A stretch of 62,592 bases of DNA, taken from Basidiobolus meristosporus CBS 931.73. Its lineage: Eukaryota > Fungi > Basidiobolomycota. Positions 24,501 through 37,203 of the stretch are shown here, in pieces (position 1 is the first letter of the stretch; each line of letters begins with the position of its first letter). Below the pieces are notes generated by a model. That model did not search any database and had not been told where the DNA came from. It saw only the letters and a list, made by a program, of their open reading frames with translations. The stretch spans positions 1 through 62,592 of the forward strand of contig MCFE01000523.1 in assembly GCA_002104905.1 (NCBI GenBank). The letters are read 5' to 3'. Position numbers and translations under genes: made by a program.

Positions 24501-25753
24501 TGCCAGGAGGTTTACCAACCATCTTCACCAAAAAGTGTCTCGACAGTTTCTTCCACCACCACAACTTCCGGGCTGTCGATCTCTTCCCCTGCTCCCACCG
24601 CTTCGACTTTCACACCACTCGGGGAAAGTTTGTCGTCGATTTTATCCGATACCATATCCTTGAAATCAACTTACAAGAACGGCTCACGAGCGCCATGTAA
24701 TGACTCCCTGGCATACAGTACGCTCTGCACTCATCTCACGCTTCACCCGTCCCCATTCCAAAAGCTTCACACACTATACGCCTTGGAGATGTTCATTGTA
24801 GCGCATTTGACATCGGAAAATGTCCCCGGAACTGACTCCATAGTGGATGAAATAGAGCTGGTGTTTCGCAAGGTGCGCCCGCGGGGGCTTATCCGGGATA
24901 TGCAGATCATAGCCAGCTTCATCCCCTCCGTTATACTGGACCTGAGCGATGAGGGAAAAGTGTTCTGGGACATGTCTTTGGCAGTCACTAGTCTCAAGAA
25001 GGAGGTAGTCAACAAGATTGTCACGAGAGGCACGGAGCTAGTAGATCAGGCCGGGGAATGGCGCAAAAACCCTAGGAAAGCCGAGGTCAATCACTCACCG
25101 AACGAGTCGAATTTAAGCATTAGTATTGATTATCAATTGGAGGAGCAGGAGGAGGCGCTCCATCAAATGGAGGCCGTGAGATTGTTTACCATTGGTAAGT
25201 GGTGCTTGAATGTATGTTGTGAATTGATTGTGAGAAAGCTGGACGCTAAAGTGTTTATCTAGCCGCCAAGGAAGATCATCCGGTTGCACAAAGGGAGCTG
25301 GCAATTCTATACTTGTCTTTGCCAACCATCCCCAGCAACCTTGGCTCCTTCGTTTGCCCGTCGCCCACGTCGCTAACGGGTGGTGTGCGAGGTCACCGGT
25401 CGCCAACGCCACCGAGTCCAAGTCCTAGCACACCCACCACGCCGACCTTCTTCTCGTTCATGTATGATACAAATGTTAAATATAACGAAGCTAATATAGC
25501 TTCCGCCATGTACTGGTTCTCCAAGGCCGCCACTCAAGGAGATACCTTTTCACAGCGATATTTAAAGCACCGAGACGGAGCCGGGCGTATGAGTACCATC
25601 ACCCCCAGCAAACCTCAGCAGAATGGGCATTTCTCGAGCATGGCATCGAGAAAGCTATACGGGCTATCAAGCTTCACAACCTCTAGAACTAGTACACCAC
25701 CACCACAGCCATCGTCGACCACCAAGCCATCCTACCTTAATACTAGTTTGTAA
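21534..25753 (+). CDS. Large multi-exon protein: RasGAP-like N-terminus, VPS9-like domain, Sel1-like C-terminal repeats
   Basis: Long ORFs 21534-22511, 22863-25262 and 25313-25753 joined by GT-AG introns. VPS9-like SPFQKL..GTDSIV..RGLIRDMQIIASF..EGKVFW. Sel1-like AAKEDHPVAQRELAILY and AMYWFSKAATQGD. Domain calls come from motif recall, not a search. Confidence 0.72.
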
Positions 25754-28034
25754 TATCCAATGAATCTGGTTCTCGGTCCACTTGCCATGCAATGACATTG
25801 AGCGGAGCAACCTTCTTTTTTTAAGTTATTCAAGACAACCTTTTGTTCTGTATTAAACAATATTTTCAAACATGGCATAAATGCACCGTTGGTCGGGCAA
25901 TGGAGGCGAGAGGACATCATATGTACCAATGGCACCCAGGATCGCCCATCACAAAGCCATTTTCGTCTACTGCCCCTCTATGTTTACCTGAATCGATTCA
26001 CCGCCATGTTCGATGGAGGCTGACTTCCAAATGAAACCATTTTTCTTCTCCACCAACCTTCCTTCACCCCATCGCCACAACAACGCCTTGATATTTTCGA
26101 CGGGCCATCAGTCAAACTCAAGTTCGCCACCCATTAACGATTGGGGAATGGAATCTACAGGGCCAGCTTGTATCAGACCACTCTTCTCCACTTCACTAGA
26201 TTGGCAGCGAAGGAGGTGTTGGGGCGCTGCGGCACATATGAAAGCCATTGTACACCTTATGGAATTCGACCTTGGCACGTTAACATCCGGTGCTCTTCAG
26301 GTTGGGAGAATCCTGGGGAGATGAATGACACTGGTACCTATTGTTAGATATGTGACAAACCCGTTTGCATACTATGTTTGGCAATGCGATATGGGTACTA
26401 CATTGTGTTGGAGGACACGGTGGAGGCCGTGATTCAATTCCTGTGCAGCACACCCATTAGAATCTCCGGTATATAGACTCAACCTGTTCTGACCCAAATG
26501 GAGGTGCAACTTAAATCGTGCTCCTCACTGCGCCCTGGCTGGCACTTTGACAATACCTTAGTAATGGAAATATCGCCAAGATCTCACGCCATCACGGTGT
26601 GACCGGTCTATTTTAAATAGAGTCTAATGTCTATCCAGCATCGTACCTTGCAAGTTCTGCACATGCACAAATGCCGAGAATAATAGATACCTGGACCCAG
26701 GGGAGACATAATCGATGTTACCCGTTCCCATTCCCTAACAAAACCCTAAACATGTGATCCCTACGGAGTGAGGAACCCGCTGGCTGGAGAAGCGGTCGGT
26801 ATTGGGCTCGGCGCCAATGGTGAAGCAATTCTGGGGCGAGCGTTCTATCTGCCAATTGTTCGGCAGTGCTGATCTATCTAATTAGGTATGCTGAGTTGAC
26901 CTTGGGCACTCTTCTGTTACTGATTGGGAGAGGCGTATTCACCCCACTTGTGGACCAAGACCGATGCACACCCAGCGATATCAAGGCATTTTGGCTGGAT
27001 GACTCCGTTTCTTCGAAAATACCGGAATCACCAGCACCTCGCTTGCATCATGTACAGCCCGACCACTCACCCAAGTTGGTGTCTGGCGTACATCCCATCA
27101 ACCACACTGAAATCGATCGATACGGGCCTAGCTAAGTTCAGGTCCATTTCACACGTGATGGATGCTATGGAGGCTATGATGCTCCGTGTAACAAAGATGT
27201 TTCCACGGCATTGATGCCACCAACTGTGTAGTTGCACCGGGGTTTCATTAGCAAATGGTTGCTGATAATCTCAGCCGTGGTAAATCCTTTCTTGTTTGGA
27301 CAATCAACTTGCTACCAGGCAGGGGGGTGGTACGGTAGGGTTTCATCTCTATGACGTGGACCAAGCGTCGCCCAGGTTTCATTCCTGGGCACCATCCACC
27401 CCTACCAAAAGCGAGCAGAAGAAGCGGGATGATTCTCACAAACCTCGAGGAACCATGTGTTGCCATTGATTAGCATAAGCTAAAACCACCCAAAGTTGAG
27501 TGCTGGCCTCCCAGGGCACAAATGGCATTGCGGAGTGTTTACGTGCAGTTTTGTCAGGCTAGCCACCCAGCCGCTTTCTTGTATGCATTACGTTCTGAAA
27601 CCACCGCATATGAAGCCATGATTGACCTGGGAGTGTCCGTGTCAATGTCGAACAAGGCGCCGCACTGCTGAAACATCACCAACGTATGTGCTGCGGATGC
27701 GCTAGATTATTAGACGCGATTGGAATAACCCCCTATCCTGAGCTTGTTTGATTCATACTAGCATGATGTCTTTGTGCGATTATTCATAGTTCAAGGTCAG
27801 CTAAGATTAACTGGGTGCACCATTGGACTAAACTAGCATTGTCGGAACGATGCATTTTGTTTTGGTAGCATTAACAGCGCCATTGTGTCTCTTCAAGCGT
27901 GAATGATGCCGCCAACTCACCGAAGCTCGACAAGTGACCAAGTGCTACGGACGGCTTCTCACGCATATATATATATGCCAGTGCAAGCCGAACATGACAC
28001 CTCGGTTCCGCTCAAGTATTCACCACACTTTATC

Positions 28035-28473
28035 ATGAGATTCCCAGTTATACTTACTGCTCTTGTCTCCACTCTTGGCTTCGCTCTTGCTGACTTCGAG
28101 ACCATCACCCCCACACCTAACGGGCGATATGTCAGTGGACAGACCCTCAAAATTTCCTGGAAAGATAACGGGGACGGGAAGTTGATCAACGACCGCACCA
28201 CCTTTAGCATTCGACTCTCCAACGGACCTCGGGTTCGCCTTTGGCAGTAAGCTTCATTGAATTATCCTAATTGATCCCTGACCAATCACGTAACCGAACC
28301 TTTGTTTCAGCCCTGTCCTCGAGATTGCCAACTTCACCAAACCCTTCCCAAGTAGCTACAATTGGAAAATCCCCAAGAACCTGAAGGCCGATCGTTACTT
28401 CCTGGTCTACACCGACAACACCAGGACTCAACCCAAATCCGATTACTTCTTCGTGGACGGCCCCAAGCATTAA
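28035..28473 (+). CDS. Small secreted Kre9/Knh1-like Ig-fold protein (124 aa); exons 28035-28246 and 28311-28473
   Basis: Signal peptide MRFPVILTALVSTLGFALA. ITPTPNG..GQTLKISWKD..FSIRL and SSYNWKIPKNL..YFL..SDYF pattern. The intron restores the frame. Confidence 0.75.
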
Positions 28474-29994
28474 GAATCTGGGCCAACCCATGTTCCCCAT
28501 GAGTTTCCCGTGTTGGAAATCGATTTTTGGAATGATTCAAGTGCGCCTGTGGTTCAACATATTTTGGCCGTAAATTATGAAATAAATTGTTGTCGGGTGA
28601 CTCCGACTCTGCGCTCGGTAAATATATTGGCGGGATGCAAGGATCCGTTGGACAATGTCACGTTCCAACTGCGGATCAATAGCCAGTTCGTCTCGAGTGG
28701 TGGTGGTTGAAGAGCGTGCGTGGTAGAGTTAGCTACTCAATGATAGTTCATGTTCTGTTGTGTGTGTGTTATGGACAACGACGGCGGGGTGAAGAACTAC
28801 GTACCAACCGGATGGCCAACTGTAACTGCGCACCAAGTAAGGAATGTCTTGACAAAAGCTGAAGCCCATGCTCTGCTGACCATATATGGAATATCACTTC
28901 ATCTGAGCATCCGGGATTTTACGAGAGCCGTGAAAACAAACTTGCCAATTGCTTCATATATTCATAGTGTAGGCCCTCGATGGATTTACCATGGAACACT
29001 GGCTCTAGTCACGCCTATTCCAGGTTCTGGATCCAACCCGAGCTCAGTTCTCATCGGGACACGCGACCCTATTGCATGAGGCAATTTTAGTTAGTCCCAT
29101 TTTACCACTGAGAAGCCCGGCTTGAAAACTTTAATAACCATGCCTATATCGAGCAGTGTGAGCTGCGTTCCCAACAAAGTTAAATCCTGGCCGCAGCTGC
29201 CCTTTGGAGATCTGACTTCATGGTATTGGCGAATTGGCTCACTGAGGAATAGCCGGGCAGCCGCAATTCATGATGGTGGGAACGAATGCAGCAGGCTAAT
29301 TCCTCCCTGTTTCCACTAAACCCGAAGTCACTTGGGGGTTGCTTCATGTGTCACGTAGCGCATCAGATCTCCGTTGCCCTTGGTGGGTTGTATCGTGTGG
29401 CCTGCTTTGGCTAACAAACGATACAATTTAGTAGGAGGGGTTTTCAATACTACCAGGAACTTCCTTTTTGGGGATTTGGAGATCACACATGTTTGTGGTC
29501 AAGGAATTCGATTGAACGTACTGGATCCACGCTGCCTATCCAGAATAGGTATGCATGATCCACTCTGTCCAATCGTGCGGCCTCTGTCGAAACTAAGTTC
29601 TAGATTGAGCTTGAGCGATAGCCTATGACATTCGGATCTACAAAGCGTCCAGATATCCACCTTCTGGGTTGTCGCTTTTTTTCTTGCCAGATTTAATGCG
29701 TCCCCTGGGGTTGGAGCCATTGGTCATATTTTCTCCCCTCCCTGTCCCTCGTGGCTCCAGCTGCCTATAAACCCATCCCATCCTTGGCACGGTCACGCGT
29801 TTACTTTTATTGTCGTAAGTGAAGTTCTCCTCTCAACTTCTGCATTGTTTAGCGATACCCACTACCTGGTGTCTTCAACGCTTGTACCTTCATTCCGTAA
29901 CGTTTATTTTTGGTTACGCTTACACGCATCTGCATAGTCATTCGTTTCATACCACCCCAACCCTTTTGTCCTCCTTACACCGAGGTTTAGCAAG

Positions 29995-31214
29995 ATGCAA
30001 AACGTCATCGAAGACATCACCACCATTTTCGTTATTGGTTTCCCTGAGGACATGCAGGAGCGCGAGTTCCAGAACATGTTTACCTTTTGTCCCGGGTTCG
30101 AAGCGGCCACTTTAAAGGTCCCCCAGTCTGGCGATTCGGAAGACGGCACCGGAAACTCTCGTAAACAAATCGTAAGCGCACAAATTGTACCGCCAGTACC
30201 CTCCTTCCAACAGGTGTTGACTGACAGTTTCTTTCATAGATTGGATTCGCCAAGTTCCGGTCCAGACTAGAGGCACTCCAAGCTCGCGACGTACTCAACG
30301 GCCGTAAAGTCGATGCCGACCGAGGTTGTGTTTTGAAAGCCGAGATGGCCAAGAAAAACCTTCTAACCAAGCGGGGGCTTTCCAATGATAACAGTAGCAA
30401 CCAGCTTGGAAACGTAAGCATTAACCTTGCCCAGGCACTCACTCCCAACGGTGACCTAGGCCTCTCGGTGAAGAAGGCCTTCAGGTCCCTGGAAGGCAGC
30501 AACGCTGCTGTCGCTGCCGTCGCGTACGATGTTCTCCCGTGTGGACCAATTCTTCCCTCCGATCTCCTTTCTCCCCAACCACAACTCCACGAATTTTCGG
30601 TTACCTCCGATTCCGGAGCTGCCTCGACTACCTTTGATGATGAGAGAATTGAGGGTATTCGTGAGAACGGTGCTCCCCCAGGTCTAGCCGCACCTGTCTC
30701 TCGCGTGGTTGGCTACAACTCCAGTCGCTTAAATGGATTATCCTCCGGATTAGATACCTTCACCTTCCCAAAGTTCACGGGAGCAGGGTTCAACAATACT
30801 GGAAACTTCTTCGGAAATAGCAATGGCTTATCTGGTGCCAGTGAGAGCACCTTCTCTTTGGCGAGCGCGGAGGCCCCATTCTCAGGAACCAATTCCAGCG
30901 GGATGAACCAGAGCCCCAGCCAAAAGGTCAACTCGGGCGATCAGAATCCACCATGCAATACCCTCTACGTGGGGAATCTTCCCATGAACACCATGGAGGA
31001 GGAGCTGCGCCAGCTCTTTGCCGGCCAGCCGGGGTACAAGCGCCTTTGTTTCCGTATGAAGCCCCACGCGGGACCCATGTGCTTTGTGGAGTTTGAGGAT
31101 GTCTCACATGCCGCCCGTAGTATGAACGAACTTCAAGGGCATCTATTGAGCAACTCGATAAAAGGTGGAATCCGACTTAGCTACTCAAAGAATCCACTTG
31201 GTGTACGCCAATAG
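29995..31214 (+). CDS. scw1: Two-RRM RNA-binding protein, Scw1/Whi3 family; intron 30172-30239
   Basis: RRM1 [39 protein letters not shown]2 [44 protein letters not shown]. Confidence 0.88.
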
Positions 31215-33936
31215 ATTTGCATCGGTAGTAATGCACTACACAACGCTTGAACCCATAGACTAAATGCATCTCATTCCACGCCTCCGCCATCCTCTTGTAA
31301 TGAAATCCCCAACGAAGCTCCATCCTATACATACACAATTACCATGTACTGTTCCTCCACTCTGTCACCTTTCCTGGAATTCCCCTCCGTCTGACCACTC
31401 GTTGCCACTCCTATTCAGCATCTTAATTATGGACTCATCCCCTTTGTCTTCCCACACCTGCAACATCTAGCATAATTTCAGATCTGACTCATATCGTACC
31501 AGTTGACAAATGAAGTAATTTTCAATTTGACCTTTCTAGCAGGTTACATATTAGTAGAACACAAATGACGATGAATCCCTACCAATGGAGCTCCGGTTCC
31601 TCGAGTACGGATTGCGACTGTTGCCGGGTAAACGGTCGATATGACAACAGGATCTAATCCTCGGAAACCAATGGATCCACATCTGTAACCGTGCCAAGAA
31701 AGGGAACGGGAATGCCCTAGTTCAGGTGGGGAGAAGGGAACCTGACCAGCTTCCATCCATTACTGGTGGATGGTGATTGACTGGTTTGCTCAGCGAGTGC
31801 AGAAAATGCCCGTTAACCACAATGAGGCATTGGGTCGCGGTGATTGGAGGATGGATCGGGCAGATTGGAGATCTTATCATGGCTAATATTGTTCGTAGGA
31901 TTGTTCTAAAATCCCGCTTGGTGACATTGCGTTCGGCCACACATACGTGAGAGCGTTTGTCTTAGGGAATATTTGAGTGTTAGGTGCTATATAGATGTCA
32001 TGTTGACGGAATACTACATTGTACGTTGAGGTAGTGTGGATGATAAAGCCGGCAATGTTGCACGGGTGCTTTGATATGTGCCTTCAATCTTCATGGCTTT
32101 CCAATACGCTTTGTAGCCCTACTTGCCACAGCCAGTTTTCAACGTAACTACTGGGATGCACCAAGCCTTCCATTATCCCGCTCTACCACCGTCCTGTGTG
32201 CTCTATATGATTAGTATTACCCGTCGCCTGGAATGATGCGAGTAACCTTAGTATCCCTTCTGGATATAGAAGTATAATCTGGCTCTGGGGCTTCCGGATG
32301 ATCTATATGGGAACCAAAATGTCTACATAATTCATACATTCTCGTTAGTAAGGCATCCACTGTCCATCACTTAGGGATAATACTGCAGTGCGGTAAGTAG
32401 GACTATGAGAAACTTCGAATTTTCACACCAATAAAACCAGCTCACCGGTTTATTTTGCATTGCAAGCGCATGTTAGTGTGGCATAATTCAATATCCGGAT
32501 CGTCTGGTATTCTGTAGATTCCGATGCATTTTCAGGTATCACAGCTGGCAAATGAGGTTTCCAACATATCACATAGGGTAGCCTCTTTCTAGAGGTTCAT
32601 CGAGTCAACGATGGCTCTACTGAGGTTGAGAGACATGCTGGCCAACTAGTTGTGTGTGCTTAACCCTTGTCCACGTTTACATTAATGGGGGCCCAGTTCG
32701 AAGCATAATCCTTAAATACGTACCACAATAATAAAAATATCGAAGAGATAGGGGTATCAATGGTATCCAAACATCTTTCTCCACCTTTCACCAAAGGCAA
32801 ATATTATGTGAGCTAGAGAGCGGAATAGACTGCATTGAGGGACGTGCACTTGTTGAAGTGAAGTCAAACGTACTCAACAAAGAAGCATGTCAACACTGAG
32901 GGTAAGAAGGCTTCCTATTTCTATACTTTGAAGCTAGGCAAGTAGTGAGCTCCGTTCCCGTTCAGCTGGTTGGTGACATTACATACTTCTTCGTAGAAAT
33001 CAATATTCTGAATACCCCGAGTTGCTTCACTATAGACATACTTCGCTCCTTGGACTAGTTACACGTGTGGTACAGAATCCATCGCGAAATAATGCAAACA
33101 TAACGCGACTGAAACTAGAATGGCTACTTGGAATCCCTTGGTGCGCCGCTTGAAAATATACGCTTGGATTGAATTCTTGACCAATATTGTCATTTCAATG
33201 ATCCCTGCGTTTATTCATCTCGGGTCGAAATGCTTCCAAGGAGGATATTGTTCCAGGCTTCTACTATTTTGGTCATCCCCCCTTCATTTGTCGTTCCCCC
33301 GAGGATTGATAAATAACGTTACTTACTTCCATTGCTTTTGCCATTGTCGTCCAAACATATCTAGCTGCTCACCAATCCGGTTCTTTGAAGTGAGATCCAC
33401 CCCAACTGATTTCTAATCGAAAAGTAAATCTTACCATGTGTGTTTGGATTCCCATATTCTGTTATCTCATAACCTAAAGGGTCGCTGGCGCACGCCAGAT
33501 GCTAATGATTCGACAAGTGATGAACCCCTGTATCAAGGTCTACCCGTAGGGTACTCACACTGCTACATGCAAAAAACGTTCTATAGATTTATAATTGCAA
33601 ATTTTAGATTGCATCATTTGTTATCAGTCCAGGTTGGCTTTCTGGTAACCAGAGAGGTACTCCAGATAACCTTTATTAAGACAATTCTTCGCTAGAGTTA
33701 CCAAATCCAACATACCGAGAGGGTCGGTGTGATAGTTTGATGTAGGTGAGAAATATATTTGAATTGCTTCGATACTTAGACTGCACACACACCAATAACA
33801 ATCAACATCACGGTGCACTCTGCGGACGAGTTGGTGACGTTCTATACGTCCAAATCTATAAAAGCCACCAGGGTTGGATGAGGGATTCATCAAAATATAC
33901 TCACATTCCTTACTACTTTCCACAAAGCTGCAAGAA

Positions 33937-35109
33937 ATGAGCGTCCGGACAATTGAGAAAGCTATTTTGCTGATGTTGCTAGTAATATCGGTTTCTGGAG
34001 CCCCAACGCAAGGCACCGTCTCTGCCTCTGACGAGCATACCGGTAAATAGACATTGCTGCAGCTCGGTCTCCCGAGGCCTGGTTTGACATTCGTTTGATG
34101 ATTAACACTAGTCTTTTTAGTCTCTACCCACCATCAAGACCATCAAGATGGAGTTTGTAGTGTGGATGCATTTATCAGCTACGACTTGCCATTCCACATC
34201 GCTGCGATCTTTATCATCCTGGTTACCAGTGGTCTTGGAGTGTTTTCTTCCTTAATCCTCGGAAAATACCCGTCCTTCAAGATAGCAACATACGCTGTCA
34301 ACATCGCGAGATATTTCGGTACCGGCGTCATCTTGGCTGTCGGGCTAATTCATTTGTTCCCCAGCGCTCTCTTTACTCTGACCAACCCTTGTGTTCCAGC
34401 GGCCATCAGAACCAATTATGCTCCATTTGCAGGGTTTCTGGCCATGTTTGCCGCATTGGTGCTCCAATTCTTGGAATACTTGGCCAATTGGTACATGCAG
34501 AAGCATTCCAAACACTCCGAAGAGATCGAGGTCAAACAGGCCGGTCTTACCACATCTGAGGTAAAGGAGAATGTTCCGTATATGTCAGAGGAGTGTCACG
34601 CACACGGGAACCTCTTCACTTTTGAGGACCGCCGCATATCCACATACATGCTTGAGTTCGGCATTGCAACTCACTCCATAGTTATCGGCCTCTCACTTGG
34701 CGTCGCATCAGGATCCGGATTCCCCTCACTACTCGCTGCGATAGTATTCCATCAGTTCTTTGAAGGGATTGCACTTGGGGTGAAGATTGGGGAGCTCTCC
34801 TACAAGAATCGAGTAACCCCCTATCTTGCCGCACTTTTCTACAGCCTCATCACGCCCACCGGGATCGCCATTGGGGTTGGTACACACAGTATCTACAACA
34901 CCAACTCCGTCACCAGTCTATTGGTTATCGGAATATTTGACGCGATCTCGGCAGGGATCTTGATCTACATGGCATTTGTAAATCTGATTGCCATCGATTT
35001 TCACAATAGCACCAAGTTTACAAGCCAATCGGGTATAGTCAAATGCGCATACTACGTGGCTATGTGGTTAGGCGCGGGTGCAATGGCTTTGATCGGCCGT
35101 TGGGCTTAG
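33937..35109 (+). CDS. ZIP-family zinc/iron transporter (Zrt1/2-like); exons 33937-34042 and 34121-35109
   Basis: YDLPFHIAAIF, FGTGVILAVGLIHL, LEFGIATHSIVIG, FHQFFEGIALG and DAISAGILIY motifs. An upstream exon adds a signal peptide and a His-rich ectodomain in frame. TATA-like TATAAA near 33857. Confidence 0.95.
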
Positions 35110-36486
35110 CTCGGTAATAGACTCTTTGTAAATACTTAAAACTGTAGCGGTGAGATGAGGTCACCCACACATGAAGTTTCATATTAAACAGAATCCTGAT
35201 ATATCAATTGATGCTTGACAGCGATGCGAACTTTTTGACTCATGAATCTCCGATAACAACACTCTAACACCATTCGGATTGGACTCTAACTAACCATTGA
35301 TTGCCTATAGTAATGGTGGGAGTTCTTAGTGAAATGCCTATACGAGTGTGGTGATCCAAACTCAAACTACCAAGAATGATCCAAATAATAGCATGCGATG
35401 CATACAAACCCGGTATGATAACGATTACACGTTTACGCTCACGGCAAACACCATCAAACTATTCAAATGCAGAGAGCCTTTTTACTATGGTCTGATACAA
35501 CACCATACGTGTCAGCTTAAATATCATCTTGGGATACGAGATGCCAAACATATCACAATCCTATACTGATCAAGCTTATCCTAGTAGATCAGGGATAGTT
35601 TGCTTGGTCCAGGTTTGCAAAGGATGGAAACCAAGATGCTACACATACTTATGGGGTTGTGTGGAAGGTGTGTAGGTAAATGTGCATGCCTAGGCTACTC
35701 GTTAGTGGTGGCCTACCCACCAATGAACCTCATGTAAATATCGATACCTTTATAATAGTCGGCTCGTTTGAATCCTCATTCGAATGTATTACAAATGCTT
35801 GAGCTGTGTATATATATATAATAATTCGCTAAACATATAAGTATTGTCTACCATATGCTATTATCAACACTTCGTCACAAATCTAGGTGAGCTGTGACTC
35901 ATCAGAATAGTTTAACAGGAGGATACTATTACGGGATGCCCAATGAAGACATGTCCCTTCTGATCGATCTGGATTTCGTAAGCCTTCAAGTGGTGATTAG
36001 ATTATCCGGCAGCATTGGTTGTAGATACTCACGTGCATTTAAAACCATGACAAGTGTAGCCAATTCATAGCACGATCTTACCCGGAGTTCTCCATAGGAT
36101 AGCAGGAATCCTTTGAGAATTTTCGCGGCTGTAGCTCAGCATTAAAATTACGCATATTGCAAGTGACAACAAGATATACAGTCACCGGGTAAGGTGATAT
36201 ATATATTAATTGCACAAACCATTCAATAATGCTGGCCAGGCGTTGACAAACATTGCTCCTGCCAGGGGATTTGATAGAGCCGCTATACCGTGAAACAAGC
36301 ACTACCGGTGCAAATAAATTCACGCTTGTACTGTCTGAGATGGATGCTGAACCATGCGGGAAAAGTCTGCGGTCAATTACGTGACATACACTAGTCTGCT
36401 AGTATATCCATCTCTGTAATACTATTGTGGTCGATTTGAAGTGCAATAGTGTTTTTATTTAAAGACACTTGCTGTGTTGACAGTGA

Positions 36487-37203
36487 TCAAGACTTCGCCG
36501 AGTAAGACACCATCAAATTTTTATAATCTGGAACATACTTGGCAAAAAGGTCACCAAGGCTACCATCAGGGAAGTTTCTCCAGTCACGAGCCAATTCGCA
36601 TACTGTTGAGAAAAAATTCATAGGCTGAACACCGGCCTGAATCATTCGTGCTAGGGAAATGTCACGAACTCCTTCATTGAATGTTCCCGAAGCATCGATA
36701 ACTGCATACACATCATATCCCTCCTGAACCGCCGAGAGGGCCGGGAACGCGACACATACATCTGTGACGATGCCTGCCATAACGATTTGCTTTCTGCCAG
36801 TTGCTTTGACTGCTTTAACAACGTCTGCATTATCCCAAGCGTTGATTTCTCCCTGCCGAGGAACATAGACAGCGTTTTTTAGCAGACTCTTCACCTCGGG
36901 TATTAACGGCCCGTTGGGTCCATCCTCAATACTGGAGGTAAGCACAACCGGAATGTTCAGCAACGTAGTGGCCTCAGCCAGCCCTAGTACGTTGGCTTTC
37001 ATTTCGTTAGGCTGCCAATCTCTGGATAACGAGAATAAACCAGCCTGGTGATCAAGCATCAAAAATACAGTATCGTTGACATTTAGCCTCTTGTATAGAT
37101 CCCCATTCGAGTCTTGATTGAACTTCAATGCCCCAATGTCAGTAGGTAGGGCTGTAGCGGACAGGGCCAAAATTGCTGCATGAATGTAAGCCAAGAATCT
37201 CAT
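36487..37203 (-). CDS. ycaC: YcaC-type isochorismatase-family cysteine hydrolase with N-terminal signal peptide, intronless
   Basis: LDHQAGL, GPNGPL, INAWDN..VKAVKATG, VCVAFPALSA, DASGTFN, CELARDWRN and PDYKNLMVSY are characteristic YcaC motifs. First ATG is at 37203; the ORF track starts at a TTG. Confidence 0.92.
   Translation of the reverse strand: MRFLAYIHAAILALSATALPTDIGALKFNQDSNGDLYKRLNVNDTVFLMLDHQAGLFSLSRDWQPNEMKANVLGLAEATTLLNIPVVLTSSIEDGPNGPLIPEVKSLLKNAVYVPRQGEINAWDNADVVKAVKATGRKQIVMAGIVTDVCVAFPALSAVQEGYDVYAVIDASGTFNEGVRDISLARMIQAGVQPMNFFSTVCELARDWRNFPDGSLGDLFAKYVPDYKNLMVSYSAKS

Noticed and set aside
33468-33545. Zap1/ZafA-like zinc-responsive elements upstream of the ZIP gene (ACCTAAAGGGT; CAAGGT)
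   Set aside because: Two mismatches to ACCYYNAAGGT and only a 6-bp core, which is expected by chance.
33624-34016. 130-aa minus-strand ORF
   Set aside because: It overlaps the promoter and signal-peptide exon of the ZIP gene in antisense and has no recognisable family.
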